64,000 nucleotides of DNA from Octopus vulgaris (taxonomy: Eukaryota): the NCBI GenBank assembly GCA_951406725.2, contig OX597818.1, forward strand, positions 103,416,001-103,480,000, written 5' to 3'. Below are positions 26,531-40,189 of the stretch, one piece after another (positions within the stretch are counted from its first letter, which is position 1; every line of letters begins with the position of its first letter). Below the pieces are notes generated by a model. It made no database searches. It was not told the DNA's origin and saw only the letters and a list, made by a program, of their open reading frames with translations. The position numbers and the translations under genes were made by a program.

Positions 26531-26531
<1 letters not shown>
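25242..26531 (-). mobile_element. Full-length (1290 bp) mariner DD34D transposon; transposase disrupted by two frameshifts
   Basis: TIRs cgaggggcgttcaataagtaatgcc / ggcattacttattgaacgtccctcg with TA TSDs. Overlapping minus ORFs 26408-26160, 26227-25523 and 25587-25315 give HTH, WIPRLL, QDETWV, QDNAPVH and YFPDLAPSD (34 residues between the 2nd and 3rd Asp after frame repair). Confidence 0.97.
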
Positions 26532-26617
<86 letters not shown>

Positions 26618-26682
26618 TGTATGTATGTATGTATGTATGTATGTATGTGTGTATGTATGTATGTATGTATGTATGTATGTAT
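26532..26682. repeat. (TA)n followed by (TATG)n microsatellite
   Basis: Direct inspection. Confidence 0.95.
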
Positions 26683-26974
26683 AGCCCTGGTCCTTACGTA
26701 TGTGTGTGCGTGGATTTGCATTCGAAAAATATATTGCCTTTCTGCTCTTTGTACTAACAAAACTATACATATAGATATGCACGTATACATACACACGCGC
26801 GTACACATGTACTTATGCATTCGTTTGCGTACGGAAGTATATATAGAAGTGTGTGTCTATGCGTGTGTGTGATTGCCCGTGTGTGTGATTGTGTATGTGT
26901 GTGTGTCCGCGCGCATGTTTGCATGCATGTCTTCTGGCACCTTTTATTAATATTATCTGAAGAGGTTCATTTGT

Positions 26975-27193
26975 ATAACTTCAGTTCACTAACGACTTGC
27001 TATGGCTTATGTTGGAGCACAGCCTTTAGTCGAGCAAATCGACCCCAGGACTTATTCTTTCTAGTACTTATTCCATCGGTCTCTTTTGCCGAACCGCTAA
27101 GTTACGGGGACCTAAAAACGCACCAGCATCGGTTGTCAAGCGATGTTGGGTGACCAAACACTGACACATAAACATATTATCACACACATACAT

Positions 27194-27240
<47 letters not shown>

Positions 27241-27400
27241 GCTTCTTTCAGTTTTTGTCTACCAAATTCACCCACAAGGCTTTAGTCAGCCCGAGGCTGT
27301 AGTATACGATTCTTGCCCATGGTCACACGTAGTGGGACTGAACCCGGAAACATGTCGTTCGTAAGCAAGCTATTTACCACACAGCCACCCCTACGCCTAC
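26975..27400 (-). mobile_element. SINE family B, near full length
   Basis: gcctttagtcgagcaaatcgacccc..gccgaaccgctaag..gggcttctttcag..agtgggactgaacccgg..accacacagcc. Confidence 0.85.
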
Positions 27401-27454
27401 AACATAAAATTCAGACGAAATGCCGCTAAGCATTACTCCCAGCACTTTGATGTC

Positions 27455-27682
27455 TTGTATTTCTTTATTGCCCAAAAGGGGCAAAACATAGAGGGGTCAA
27501 ATAAGGACAAACAAAGGGATTAATTCGATTATATCGACCCCAGTGCGTTACTGGTACTTATTTAATAGACCCCGAAAGGATGAAAGGCAAAGTCGACCAC
27601 GGCGGAATTTGAACTCATACTGTAGCAGCAGACGAAATGCAGCTACGCATTTCGCCCGGCGTGCTAACGTTTCTGCCAGCTG
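27455..27682 (-). mobile_element. SINE family A
   Basis: ccccgaaaggatgaaaggcaaagtcgacc..ggaatttgaactc..ttcgcccggcgtgctaacgtttctgccagc. Confidence 0.9.
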
Positions 27683-27791
27683 GCTAGCTCTAGTTTTATA
27701 AAGGATACCGTTATTTCTCATATACACACACATATACATACATTCATACACACACACACACACACACACCCATATATATATATATATATAT

Positions 27792-27864
<73 letters not shown>

Positions 27865-27878
27865 TATATGTATGTATG

Positions 27879-27912
<34 letters not shown>

Positions 27913-29027
27913 TGTATGTATGTATGTATGTATTGCTAGTACAATATAGAAGACTGCCTTGTATTGTTTATGCTTTACTTGAGGGTATTATTTACGGAAT
28001 GATGTAAATTTGAGATACGTATCGGCAAGCGAAACCTCTCATTTTCCACATGTGAACCTATGATTTAACATTTTACCTTTATACTGTGCATGAATTTATT
28101 TTCCATAAATTTCACGTAAGAGATCATACTTAGATTTCGTTTCAGCTTATAATAATCCATTGAGAAATACATTTGCAAATCAAATCAGTTGAAGACGAAT
28201 AACGATTTACCAGTCGCAGCTTTATATAACACGTTTTCTAGAAATCATCCATTCTTTCTCTCTGTTTTGTCCGTTAATTTACTTTAAATCTTGTTATGTT
28301 CTTAAATAATCGAAGAGAATCCATAGAAATCTGTAATAAGAATGACGAAGTCTCTAACAAGAGAGTATTGAACATCTTATCACCTCTACGATGAAATGTG
28401 TTTATATTTATTTAGTTTGTCCTAAAGTAATAATTTAATGTTGCAAAGGTCGTGTGGAGATGCCCTCGGGGTTAATGGGTTTGTAATTCGTTTGTTGGCC
28501 TGTATATCTCTCTGATCTCCCTAACTCTCAAACCTCTTCTTTTTCTGTCAATCTTTCGTTTGTTCAGAAACTTATATCACAGAATAAGGTTGTTAAATTT
28601 GGATGAAATATTCGTATTTTCAAAGGAAATTGTTTGACTTCTTTGAGTTGTAATCAATCGACAATATATGTGGGTTGTTGTTGTTGTTTTTTTTTTACTC
28701 TATGGGTTTATAGTGTAAATATTAAGGACTCACATATATTTATCTATCAAAACAACTGGGTACTTTTAGACTAGTTAATATTCACATTTATTTCCTTCAT
28801 GGCTATCGGTTGAAAACTGAGAAGAGGAAAGTAATGCATATTATAGATATTTCATTTTCTTGCAAAAACCGATTTATACAAGGGATACAAAACGAATTAA
28901 TTTGTCGTAATGGATTGGGAAATAAGTGAATGATTAAATAATGAAATATAGCAAAAAATGTAAGACTTCAATGGGCAGAAATTGGGCAATAACTCGGTAG
29001 ATTGTTATGATATTTAAGAGAAATTTA

Positions 29028-29386
29028 AGGCGGTGAGCTGGCCGAAACTTTAGCACGCCAGGCGAAATGTTTAGCGGTATTTCATCTGCCGCTACGTTCT
29101 GAGTTCAAATTCCGCCGAGGTCAACTTTGCCTTTCGTCCTAAGTACCAGTTACGACTTAATCCGTTTGACTGTTCTTGTTTGTCCTCTCAGTGTTTAGCC
29201 CCTTGTGGGTAGTAAAAAAATAGGTATTTCCTCTGTCCTTACGTTCTGAGTTCAAATTCCACCGAGGTCAACTTTCATTATTTCGGGGTCGATAAATTAA
29301 GAACCAGTGGCATAGTGGGGTCGATCTAATCGACATCCCCCACCCCCTCCCCAGAAATTCGGTCCTTGTGCCTTGAGTAGAGAAAA
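29028..29386 (+). mobile_element. SINE family A with two internal modules and TSD
   Basis: Head ggcggtgagctggccgaaac; tacgttctgagttcaaattcc occurs twice. TSD atatttaagagaaattta (29010-29027) / atatttagcagaaattta (29387-29404). Confidence 0.9.
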
Positions 29387-30350
29387 ATATTTAGCAGAAA
29401 TTTACTATAGGTAAAGTTAAAATTGCTCAGGTGCGCGATCAAAACCGAGCCTATGTATGTTTGTATTTTCCTCAGAATTTGTGCATCTAAGACAGTATTA
29501 TCACATGTCTTATTTAATAATGATACTGTATTTAAGGAGGATATTGTACGTGTCTTTCGAAATGAAAGCAGCATCACAAATAGTTATGTTCTTAATACGT
29601 ACGTGTAATGCTTTAAGAGTCAGAGTACTAAACAAATACCCTGCATGTTACTACTGCATACGAGATAACAAAGGACGGGGTGAGTTGCATAGCAATAATA
29701 TTCATAAAAAAAAAGGGAGGACATTTGAAGAAATGGAATGAGTTATACATATAACACACGCACACACATCTTTGAAGGCAATAGTTATCCGTGCTTAAGA
29801 CTGGATGTTGTCCTATAATACATATTACTAATACTGGTTTTTGGTACATATAAGCACTCTCGCTTACATCGCAAGCAATAGACAGCACAGAAACCACCAG
29901 ATCACATGACTGATTTCAGCATTCTTTGACCTTGACAATTGTAGACGCTCAACGGCTGGAAATAGCAGCTATATCTCTGCTAGCTATTTACATAGGCTCT
30001 CAATACCGAACCAGGCAGTAATATCGCGAATAACCACCAGTGGGATTATTAAAATAATTTTTATTAGCACAGATGCAGTATTAATATCAAAAGGTAATAT
30101 TGATCACCACTCAAATGTGAATTTTGTGGACACAGAACACTGCTATAGTTACCATGAGAGAATCACACGCGATATCGATAGCTGATGTCGGGCGGCTAGC
30201 ATTGACATGGCCAACAAAAGATGTGATCACGTGATTCGGTAGTCTTGATGGTTGATACATCCCCCACTAGCGATGTAAACAAGAGTAACTCGCGTAGTGT
30301 TATGTGTCCTAACTAACAAAACATTCACCATTATCTCTTGGTGTCAATAT

Positions 30351-30540
30351 TATTGGGTTGTCCGGAAAGTTCGTGCCGATTTATAGTAGCTTAACTTTCG
30401 ACTTATTTTAGAACATGGTTGAGTCCATAAGATAGGATATGACTACACCTCCATTTAGAGCACAGTTTAAGCTATCTTTTCCTGGAAGAAGGTTTATGTT
30501 CCTATAACGTGTGTTAATTCTGTAACCCTTTAAAATGGGT
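30351..30540 (+). mobile_element. Mariner-like 5' end (TIR plus leader), truncated by the following element
   Basis: TA-ttgggttgtccggaaagttc resembles the TIR-like end at 34493-34513 (tattgggtaggctgaaaagtcc). Ends at aaaatgg. Confidence 0.45.
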
Positions 30541-30553
30541 TACAAAATGTTTG

Positions 30554-30965
30554 TTATGTTTACAAGGGGGAGATAAGCACATCCACCCAGCTAAGCCAGC
30601 AACCAGAGACTAGTTACTGAGTCTTTGCTCGTCATCAGCCTGGCATTGACTGCATACAACTACTTTATCGTATCACTACTGTGAGAGATTTAGAAACGTA
30701 TTATTTCTATTTTTGAAATCGGTGAATGTTTTTCACTAGGTGCTGACTTAGCTGGGTGGATGTGCTTATCCCCCCTTGTAAACATAAGAACACAGGACAT
30801 GTGTCAAGGACGACAGGAAGCGGTGCTGCTTCCTAGGGCTAAATAGCCGTAGTATTATTCCCTTGATGGGACTGTCACATTGAGTCGAAAGTATACAACT
30901 ACTTTATCGCATCCCTACTGCATAAATCTCTCTCCGATATTTAGAAATGTATTATTTCTATAATT
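30554..30965. mobile_element. PLE-terminus-like module with 50-bp inverted arms and hammerhead-like motifs
   Basis: Arms 30554-30604 and 30739-30788. Internal direct repeat atacaactactttatcg.atc.ctactg at ~30653 and ~30893. Confidence 0.7.
30603..30643 (-). ncRNA. Minimal type I hammerhead-like motif
   Basis: Minus strand: CCAGG CTGATGA cGAG caaaga CTCa GTAA CTAG TC TCTGG. Canonical CTGATGA, palindromic ACTAGT stem III, UC site; GAAA is mutated to GTAA. Confidence 0.65.
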
Positions 30966-32989
30966 CAGATTGTATTTAGTAAAGCATTTCTCTTTTTCTT
31001 GTTGTTGGTTAATTTTCGGTTTAATTTTAATCAGGATAACGTATGTTGACCTAATGCTGTTTATATTATCCAGCTTGTATCTTTTGTAAACGATCATCTT
31101 ATAGTGCGAATGGTTATCTACATTGCCTGTCATATTAAGAAACAATACGTGTGATTGTCCTTTATTTTGTGTCGATTATGTAAATCTAAACAGAATTCAT
31201 TCGAATAGAACTATAAGTTTATAAGTTCCAATCTTTAAAATGTATGTTTTATTTTATTGTGATACATTCTCTATGATTTTCCAGTTGTCTTCCTAGTTTT
31301 CTGAAACAACTAGACTTGATCTGAAGAAATTCGGCGGCATACTTTTATGGGTTAATGAAGCCCATTTCTTTAGTTACTGTTTCTAAAACACAACCCGTTC
31401 GAACAGATGACAAGCAATTCTTAAAACAGGATTTGTATTAAAGGAGCCAATTCAATAATTAATTATATTCTTAATATTTGGATTCGTTTCTGATATATTG
31501 ATGTTAAATGTTGTTAAGCTACGTTCAAAATTTTCTTTATCAGAATAATGTCCAGAGTTTGAAAACACCGGTGCCACATTCCTGAATGTGAGTATAAAAT
31601 GTATTCGCACTCATTAATTTGTCAATACATACACAATGTTCTACACTGATAAAGTATTAAATTTGGCAGCATAATAATGGCTCCTGTTTCATCATTATTT
31701 AGCTTGCATTATTTCTCACGAGGGAATATATTTCATCTGTATCATAAATCCCGGCAAACCGGTGGTTGGATTTTTGGTATATCGTAGCAACGGTATTGCA
31801 TACGATCATCACTCGACAAATAATTGAGTATTTTTGTCATAAGCTTACCTAACTCTAGAAAAGTTGGATATGGCGGCACCTTTCAAAGTTGAGACCATCT
31901 ACATAAGGTAGAAACTGACGTGTGTTTCGTTTGCTAGATATTGTTCGGTTACATTTGCGGAACCTCATACGATTACGAATAAAATGCTTTCACTGATACA
32001 CGGCCATTTTGTGCAATTCTTTGCTGATAAAAAAATGTATCCTTTCATTATTCATAAACACGAAACCAAATGAGAGAGTCGTTATGCAGGTGCTCGACTA
32101 ACTAGAATTTATAAAATATTTCACAAATTATTTTTTTCTATTTTGAAAGGAGTAAATATTACTAACCAAGATTTATCAAAATAACTCTAAAATTACCTCG
32201 TAGTAACGAATGGAAAAAATTATTTATCTGCGAGTTTCTTCAGCAAATATGGAGACGTGACTAAACATAATTATCAATATATCAGGAGGAATGGAATGTA
32301 AAGATTTGGAATGGAAATCATAACACCTCGCAAAAATGTTCATATCCACGTGTATCCAAGTTACATTGTCTCTCAGTTTTGACCTATGAATGTTACGATA
32401 GATGTCTTGAAGCTTTGGAAAAATAGAATCAGATCAGATTAATGGGAAACAAGAATACACTGATTATAAGTTTCATGTAATATATTTATAAACACCGCTT
32501 TTCAAAGAAGCACGTTTACTGCTGGTGAATTTCAGATATTTTCAGCATCTTTAGGTTGGCCAAAATATCCGTTGGCTTTTTCACGCGGAAATAAATTACG
32601 AGTTTTAAAAACAAAGCGATTTTCGAATGTTGAGTAGAATGAATACAAAAAAAAAGCCAAAGTATTGGTCTAATAACGATCGTCCACCATGCTGTTGCCA
32701 CAATGTACCGCAAATCCAATAAAATATGTACCAGATAAATGCTAATTTGTGGTACAGACGCTTGGCAACATAATTTATGGGATTTTACTGTTAACGCAAT
32801 AGAATCTGGCACTTTATACGCGTGTATTTTATTAATCTCAAAAGAATGATAAAGAAAATTCAGCCATTGTGTGATATTTGAACTAACAACTTAAAAGAAA
32901 ATAACTAAATTCCGTATGACATTACTTCACTGGCTGTAGCGAATTAATTTATTGAATTTCATATGCCCTACACTCTACCTATATTTTCA

Positions 32990-33175
32990 TTTCTACTAAA
33001 GGCACACGTTCTGAAATTGGAGGGACTAGTCCATTATATTGACCGTAGTGTTTCACTCGTATTTCCTGTATCGACCTCCAAAAAATGAATGGCAAAGTCG
33101 ACCTCGGCGGAATTTGAACTCAAAACGTGAAGACGAACAAATTGGTGGCTGATAATTCAGCCAGCTCACTGCCTT
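32990..33175 (-). mobile_element. SINE family A (degenerate)
   Basis: ggcaaagtcgacctcggcggaatttgaactc..gccagctcactgcc. Confidence 0.75.
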
Positions 33176-33299
33176 ATACTCTAGTAATATAATGTCATAA
33201 TTAAAATTATGTTAAATATGCACATCTATATATCTTAAAGGTATTACGAGAATTCAGGAAGCTAAATCTTAAGAGCAAAAATTTGTTGCCATTTTCGAA

Positions 33300-34513
33300 A
33301 CGCGTCTCACTGAATCAGACGCTAAGTTTCAGTCCTACAGCGCGGCACTCTGCAAATTTCTCATCAGATATGGTTCCGGAATGATCAATGTTTTAACGTA
33401 AACTTATTAGATCGTTTTGTTAGATGGTTAATTTTTATATCCTTTTCAGTTTTGAAAATTTGTCCATTCAATGGATTTTCAAGAAACGGAAACAAGTAGC
33501 AATTTGAATGGGCAAGGTCGGGAGAATAAGGTGGATGCAGCCAAGCGTCCATCTTAAGCACCAGTGACATCTGCCGAGTCGCAAAAACGTGTGCGCTCTG
33601 GCATTATTGTCATGAAAGGTACTGCCCTTACGATTGGCAAGTACTGGATAACCATCGTGGATCCTGCATCTAATTTCTCCAGCCGGTCACACTGCACACT
33701 CGGATACACGGTCGTGTCTCTGGGAGGGAGGTCGTCAAAACAAAAACAACCTTCCAACCCGACTAAATTGAATGCAATGTTTTCATCGGGCATTGACTTG
33801 TTTCGAAAGTTGTTTGTGGCGGTTCGAACGCACTTTTCCCCTGCTCATTCGCGCTTGCCAGTTTTATTAATGGCCCATTTCATGTCCCGTTTCAACATTT
33901 TCGCAAAAAAAAAAAAAATGTTCCCTTTCTTCACGTTTCTGCAACGAACCGTAGACGGAAAACCATTGGGCAAGGTAAACCTCATTCAACTGATATGGGA
34001 CCTAAACACAGAGGCTGCTGACGCAACCGATTTGATGCAAAAGGTTTTAAATACTCGACTAAGATATTTTCAGAAAATCACCAATCATCCTGGTCGCATA
34101 ACTAGGACTCGTGTCTACTAACTTCTTCATTTAGTAGCTGTTAATCGCAGCTTGTCAGTGTGATCGAAGTGCAACTTCAACCGAAAAATGTCCATACCGC
34201 ATTCTTGAAAACCACTTTTGCCACATACGTACCAGCGCCATTCCCGTACACATTTTCGTGCAGGCTTCCGTCGTTTTCTAGTCCTTTTTTGAAATAATAA
34301 AGAACGAGGTGTTGATAATGTTCGTTTTGTGTCTCCATTTTTAGGATGACCTCAAGCACAGACAAAAGTAAAACAATACATCACTAGTTCAATCGACGAA
34401 ACAAAATGTATTCTTTCCCGCATGTGACAGGAATAGACTGCAGTTAACTATTTCTCAATGTGCTTTAAATTTAACTTCGAAAAGAAACGAATGGACTTTT
34501 CAGCCTACCCAAT
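33300..34513 (-). mobile_element. Degenerate mariner element
   Basis: METQNEHYQHLVLYYFKKG N-terminus and HPPYSPDLAHSNCYLFPFLEN C-terminal motif. TIR-like end at 34493-34513; possible partner TIR at ~32551. Confidence 0.85.
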
Positions 34514-35231
34514 ATGTTGATGGGATGTGCATGTGTCTAAGTGTGTATAATCGTTGGTTTTCATTGCCTTGAGTAATATAGCTCAATTTTCAAGTGTGAT
34601 ATTAAGAAATTAATCAGCTGTGATTTCTATCTAATTCATTATATTTCTTAGTAATTTTATACCCTCTGACGGGTATAAATTGAATTTGTATTCTCTTTAA
34701 TATGTTAGTTCCATTCCTTATCTAACAGATAAATTAGTTTAAGGCAAGCCAAATATAAGATCCTATTTATCAAGTTCGTATTAGATAAATGATACTTGAA
34801 AGAAGAGCGAAGTGTAGATAGATTGCATATGGTCCTTAAGTGTTGACTATGCCATCTAATATGTGAAGCGATTCTCTTCTTAATTGTAAATGATATGCGT
34901 TATCCTGTGGGTGCGAAAATAAATTATTCTTATGGATTGCTTGGATTAGAAATACGGTTTCGCAATGATAAAGTGAATGGTTTCGACTCCATTTCGTCCC
35001 ATGCAACTGGGTTAAGAGCATTTTATTTTTTCCGGGTTGACCGAAGCATTGTAGGTAAATCTTAGTCGATGGCATCTATAAAGAAACTAGTACCTATAGT
35101 TCTAATGTCCACCTTATTCGTAGTTCTGATACATCTCTCCTCTGATACATCTCTTCCTAGTTCTGTTACATTTCTTCTCTGTGAGAATTGTGTTAAGATT
35201 TCCTGTATCAGTGGAATTATTAGCTTCTTAG

Positions 35232-35440
35232 TCGGCGAGCTTGCAGATTTGTTAACACGCTGGACGAAATGCTTAGCAGTATTTCGCCTATCGCTACGTT
35301 CTGAGTTCAAATTCCACCAAGGTCGACTTTGCTTTTTATCATTTCGGGGTCGATAAATTAAGTACCAGTGTAATACTGAGGTCGATGTCATCAACTAGTC
35401 CACTTCCCCAAAGCTTCTTCCCTTGAACCTATAATAGAAA
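35232..35440 (+). mobile_element. SINE family A (single module) with degenerate TSD
   Basis: ggcgagcttgcag..gagttcaaattcc..ttcggggtcgataaattaagtacc. Flanks attattagcttctta / tattatcagcctctaa. Confidence 0.85.
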
Positions 35441-36039
35441 GTATTATCAGCCTCTAATCCAATCAGTACGTTGTCCCTTTGATAGAACGGCTATATGCAC
35501 ATAGATCGAAATAATAGTGAACATCGGTCATGAATAATCTCAATATACTCATCGGCAATTATTATTTCCCAAATCATTATGCTGCGGTTATTTCCTTATA
35601 CGTCTCAAATAAAGGTTTGTCTCTTCTGATCTTTTACATAAACCTCTTCCCTTACCATGAATAGCATTTTAAGTTATTTTGGTGATGCTGTGGTTTTCAG
35701 TTAAATTGAAACTCAGTCGATAGACTATATTCTTCCTTTATTTTACAGATTTGAATGTCGTGTCTAGCAAACGACTCACCGAATAGTAACTTTCCAGTCA
35801 GCTATGCCTGACACCTATGTGTTGTGATTTGGCGGTTAACATAGCATTTAATTCATATTACTCTAAACGATATGGTAGCTTCAAATTCATAAATATATAT
35901 GAATAAGAGTTCGATTGGGTTTATTATTAGAAAACCAAACCAATTAATTATTAGGTTCATATTTAAACTTAACTTCAAAATCCCAAAAGTATTTTGATGA
36001 TAACAATCATAACAAAAGTGTCAAGGCAAAGATAAATCT

Positions 36040-36385
36040 TAACTTACGTTCTCACTGCATATAACGTGTTGGTAAGATACCTTTCCACGTCATAATATCA
36101 ATCCTACCAATCTGTCAATCGACTTTCTACTGATGAAGAAAGTCCAACACGAACAATGTACATATCCCCGGAAACACTAACATCTCTCTTGCTGCAATTA
36201 GGAACCTAGTTTGATGTATCAGTTGAAGAAACTATAAACTTTCAGTAGACATAATGATCTTCAACAAGACCGCACCTAATGACACGACGCATTGGCGCGT
36301 AGATCCATTGAGAGAAGCAGAAAAAAGTAATAGTCTGGTTCAACTCCCCATTTAACCAAGACGTTTCAGCTAAAAGTGTGTCCGT
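36040..36385 (+). mobile_element. Penelope-like RT C-terminal remnant
   Basis: RSRK../IVWFNSPFNQDVSAK resembles the PLE motif RKRNIIWFNPPFS. Upstream HIPGNTNISLAAIRNLV resembles YI..SNHPP..IKNL. Confidence 0.55.
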
Positions 36386-39300
36386 AGTCTTCGTGACTAT
36401 CAAAATGACAACCCGTCGCCCAACTTCGACTGGCCAATCTTTACTCATCTGGAGCTCCATATTGCTAACTTTGCATCCGCGAAAGAATACATGTTCTCAT
36501 CCAACTTGCTGCATCCATCAGCGGAAAGAATTGTGAAAGTGATTGTAGCACCAGAGGTATTTCTTCCTCGACAGTATACACAACACACACAGGAAATAAA
36601 CACCCACACTTACTTGGTACACACTCTCACACATCAGATACACACATGCATACATACATCAACGAAATGATACAGGCATCCACTCACACAAATGCCCATA
36701 TGAATTAGATACAGACGCACATGTAGCAGATACAAACATCAGATTGATACAGCATTATGGATTATCGCTCTTAAGGTGTCTAAACATAAGAATAGCATTT
36801 GTAAATATATTTGAACACATAATTAATGTATATATCCTTTGTGTGTGTACATGCATGCAATTATATATGTACGTATGTATATGCATACAAGGAGTGAAGG
36901 AGAATGCGAGACCGAGACAGAGATTAAGTAATCTTGAGTCGCATACATAATTACATCTTTTGATGTATCATTAGAATAAAATCTTTATTCTTTTATAGGA
37001 ATTCCTCTTCGGTTGACTTTGCAAATCAGAGACAATTGAAATGATAAGGAAGTAGTTATATATACCGAGAAAGATAACAGTCATCGATTTGATATAGCAA
37101 TAACCTGTTATTTAATTATGTACATGTCAAATGATTGCAGATGGATGATAATATATTTCCTTTAATAATAGGACGCTAAATGTTTTACACAACACTGGAA
37201 GGCAAAACGCTATATGTCATGTTGAAAACGGATCTTTGAATAAATAAGATGTGCCGACTCTAAAATTGCTTAGCAGGAAATAGAAATCCATACTTATATT
37301 TTACCAGTACATCATGCGTTTGTTCGAAGATTATTAGAAAGAAAAATAAACAATTACATCTCATGAAATTTTCAGGTATTGGTATAAATTCTGCAACTTA
37401 AGTGTCACAAGATACAACTTTCTATTTCAGCTTTCTTTCTTAATAAGGATTGGTGTGTATTCTCTAGTTTGGCAAATATTTACGTCAAATGAGATGCATT
37501 TGTCGAGGAACCCCAATCAACCATGCAATAGGAAATATTATATCTATGAAACATTAGAGTAATCTCCGTAAATAAACGATTCTATTTATTTTCTCAGTGT
37601 TATGTCGACGGTCACGTTTCCGCTGAACTTTCAACTGTTTTTAAACGTACTCAGAACCTCCTCGTGCCTTTTCCGCTCGGGTTTGCGTCATAAACATGAG
37701 ATTATTTCATTCTTTAATACGAGTACTACATAATATTCCACCTAACGCAACTAGAATTGTACCCAATGGAATTTCCTCCTGACTGTGCATTTCATTGCAA
37801 GCATCAAATCGTTATATCCGTTCTAATCACTGTCATTATTGCTTTCATCTACATTACAAGGTCTGGTAATGCTCCATGTTCAATCAAAAGAAAAAAGCAA
37901 TAATAATGACCATATGTTTTCAATGGGCAACTCCCGTTCATATTTTTTGTGAACATCGTGTTTTGTACAGCCTCGTCCACAAGTTATTGAGAAGACCAAT
38001 TTGCTGTCTCAATTTTCTCACATTTCTACAGCAACTAAAGAGGCTCCTCGAATCTAGCAGAGATCGCAGTTCAAGTTACATTTGATCACTTCCCAATATG
38101 TTAGTATCCAACCAGCTAGACACCTCTCTAGCCGTCACGTTTAATCAGTCTTTCCAAAAAGATTGACACCGGGGAAATATGTCCTCGCTCATATTTTTCT
38201 CGCAAACCTTGATTTACAATGGTTAAAATGAGTATTTGCATAAATTTAATCAGTTTCGGAGAGCCAGTAAAATCTATGGTACAACCCTGTCCTCCAAAAG
38301 CGAGTAAAAACGAAAAACTAAAACAATGATATCTAAATAAATTATGGCGTTATGCATGTTTCGCTCCTCATTTTCAAGAATGTTATTATAATATATGTTA
38401 TGAACATTTTGATATTTAATTTGTATTTTGATAACCGATTTGTATGACATTTTTCATTAAAAATATGATATATGACTTATTAAAGATGCCTTAATTCTTA
38501 TTCATCTTTAGATAAGAAATAATTGAATTTCTTACACATTCTGAGAATAAAACTAAAACATGTGACTGAAACAATCCTAATTTAGAATAAATATTCCAAA
38601 TTCTAAACTACAAAGAGGATTAATTAATTATAACCACCTTTTCAGTTCTTAAGTTTTCGTACGGAAACAGGATATTCACCTAAGAGAACATAGAAAATAC
38701 TATTCGTCAGACATATCTCATAGATAACTTCGTACATAGAGATATCTTCCATGTATCTTTTAGTTGCTTATCAGCTTCAAGCTAGATTTCATTGCCTAGG
38801 AAAATTATAAAATACATTTCGTCCATGACTATCACGTTTTCTATTTGAAATAGTATAGAACCTCCCCTTGCGTAGAACTAGTTCTCTTTATCACGATATT
38901 AATATAAGGGAGATTGGTGGCTCTATCTAGCAGTCAGCCGGAACCCAGGAGATCCGTTGTTGGCGTCCCATAATATTAACGTTTTCCGTTTAGGTGAGAC
39001 AATCTGTGTGAACAGTTATCTGCACATAAAATAATTTATACACAATTAGCATATTCGAATGATTTTACGTGTTTAATTTCCTGTAGATATTAGATTAACA
39101 ATATCATAAACATTAAGGTTTTATGGAGTAGAGATTGGATATGATTTTCAAAATTGAGAATAACAAAGTAAAATAAAGAAAATGTTCACATTCATTGATG
39201 TAAATGAATGGAAATAATGTATTTAGCTGTAATTAAATTAAATATCATTAAAAATACGTAAGTAGTTATAGGCCTGTCTGTAACTTTGGAGAATGTTTAA

Positions 39301-39829
39301 TAGTTAATCTCTAACAGCTACGTGGCTTTCTTTATTCTTTATATATATATATTAGAAAAAATGAGGTAATCAGATCGGATGGTTCATATTTATAGATATT
39401 TATTTATATATTACATTTTTTACATATATATCATATCATTCAGATCATATCATTCGGATTAGCGCTTTCTCCCAATCGAGTGGGCTTTTCAAATCAATTC
39501 CTTGTGGGTAATTTGAACATTTCATAGTTTCGTAGTAGTGGTGGGGAGGAATAAGACAGTATAAAAGGGTGAAGAGGAAGTGAGACAGGGAAAACATGTG
39601 TGTATGTGTGTGTGTGTGTGTGTATGTGTGTATGTGTGTGTGTGTGTACATTTGTATCTGATAGGGAAGAAGAAGTATTGTTATTCCGTTGGTCTACTGG
39701 ACCTCCTGTGGTTTTCTAAGAAATTTGGCTCTGCTCTCTGTCCAGTCTCGTGTCACTGAGTGTGTGTTGTGCGTAGGCTGGCCGGACAAATGTCATTTGG
39801 GGTCACACTTTCTATGATCGTTTTGTGGT

Positions 39830-39868
<39 letters not shown>

Positions 39869-40189
39869 ATGTGTGTTTTTGTGTGCGTGTGTGTGTGTGT
39901 GTGTCTCTGTGTGTTTGGAGAAGGAGAGAGAGAAAAAGAAAGAGAAAAGAAAGAGAAAAGGGAAAATAAAAATAAAAATAAATATAAAAATAAAAAATAA
40001 TTAAAAATATAAAAAATAAAAAAATAAAAAATAAAATATAAAAAATAAATAAAAAATAAATAAAAATAAGGGAGGAAGTGGAGAAGAAAAAAATATTTTT
40101 GTGTGTTGATATTTATACCAATACATATATATATATATATACACACACAGACTTATACATAAAATATTTGAAAAAACCTTTTTATCGGT

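Noticed and set aside
33564-34121. 185-aa + strand ORF
   Set aside because: It is the antisense frame of the decayed mariner transposase.
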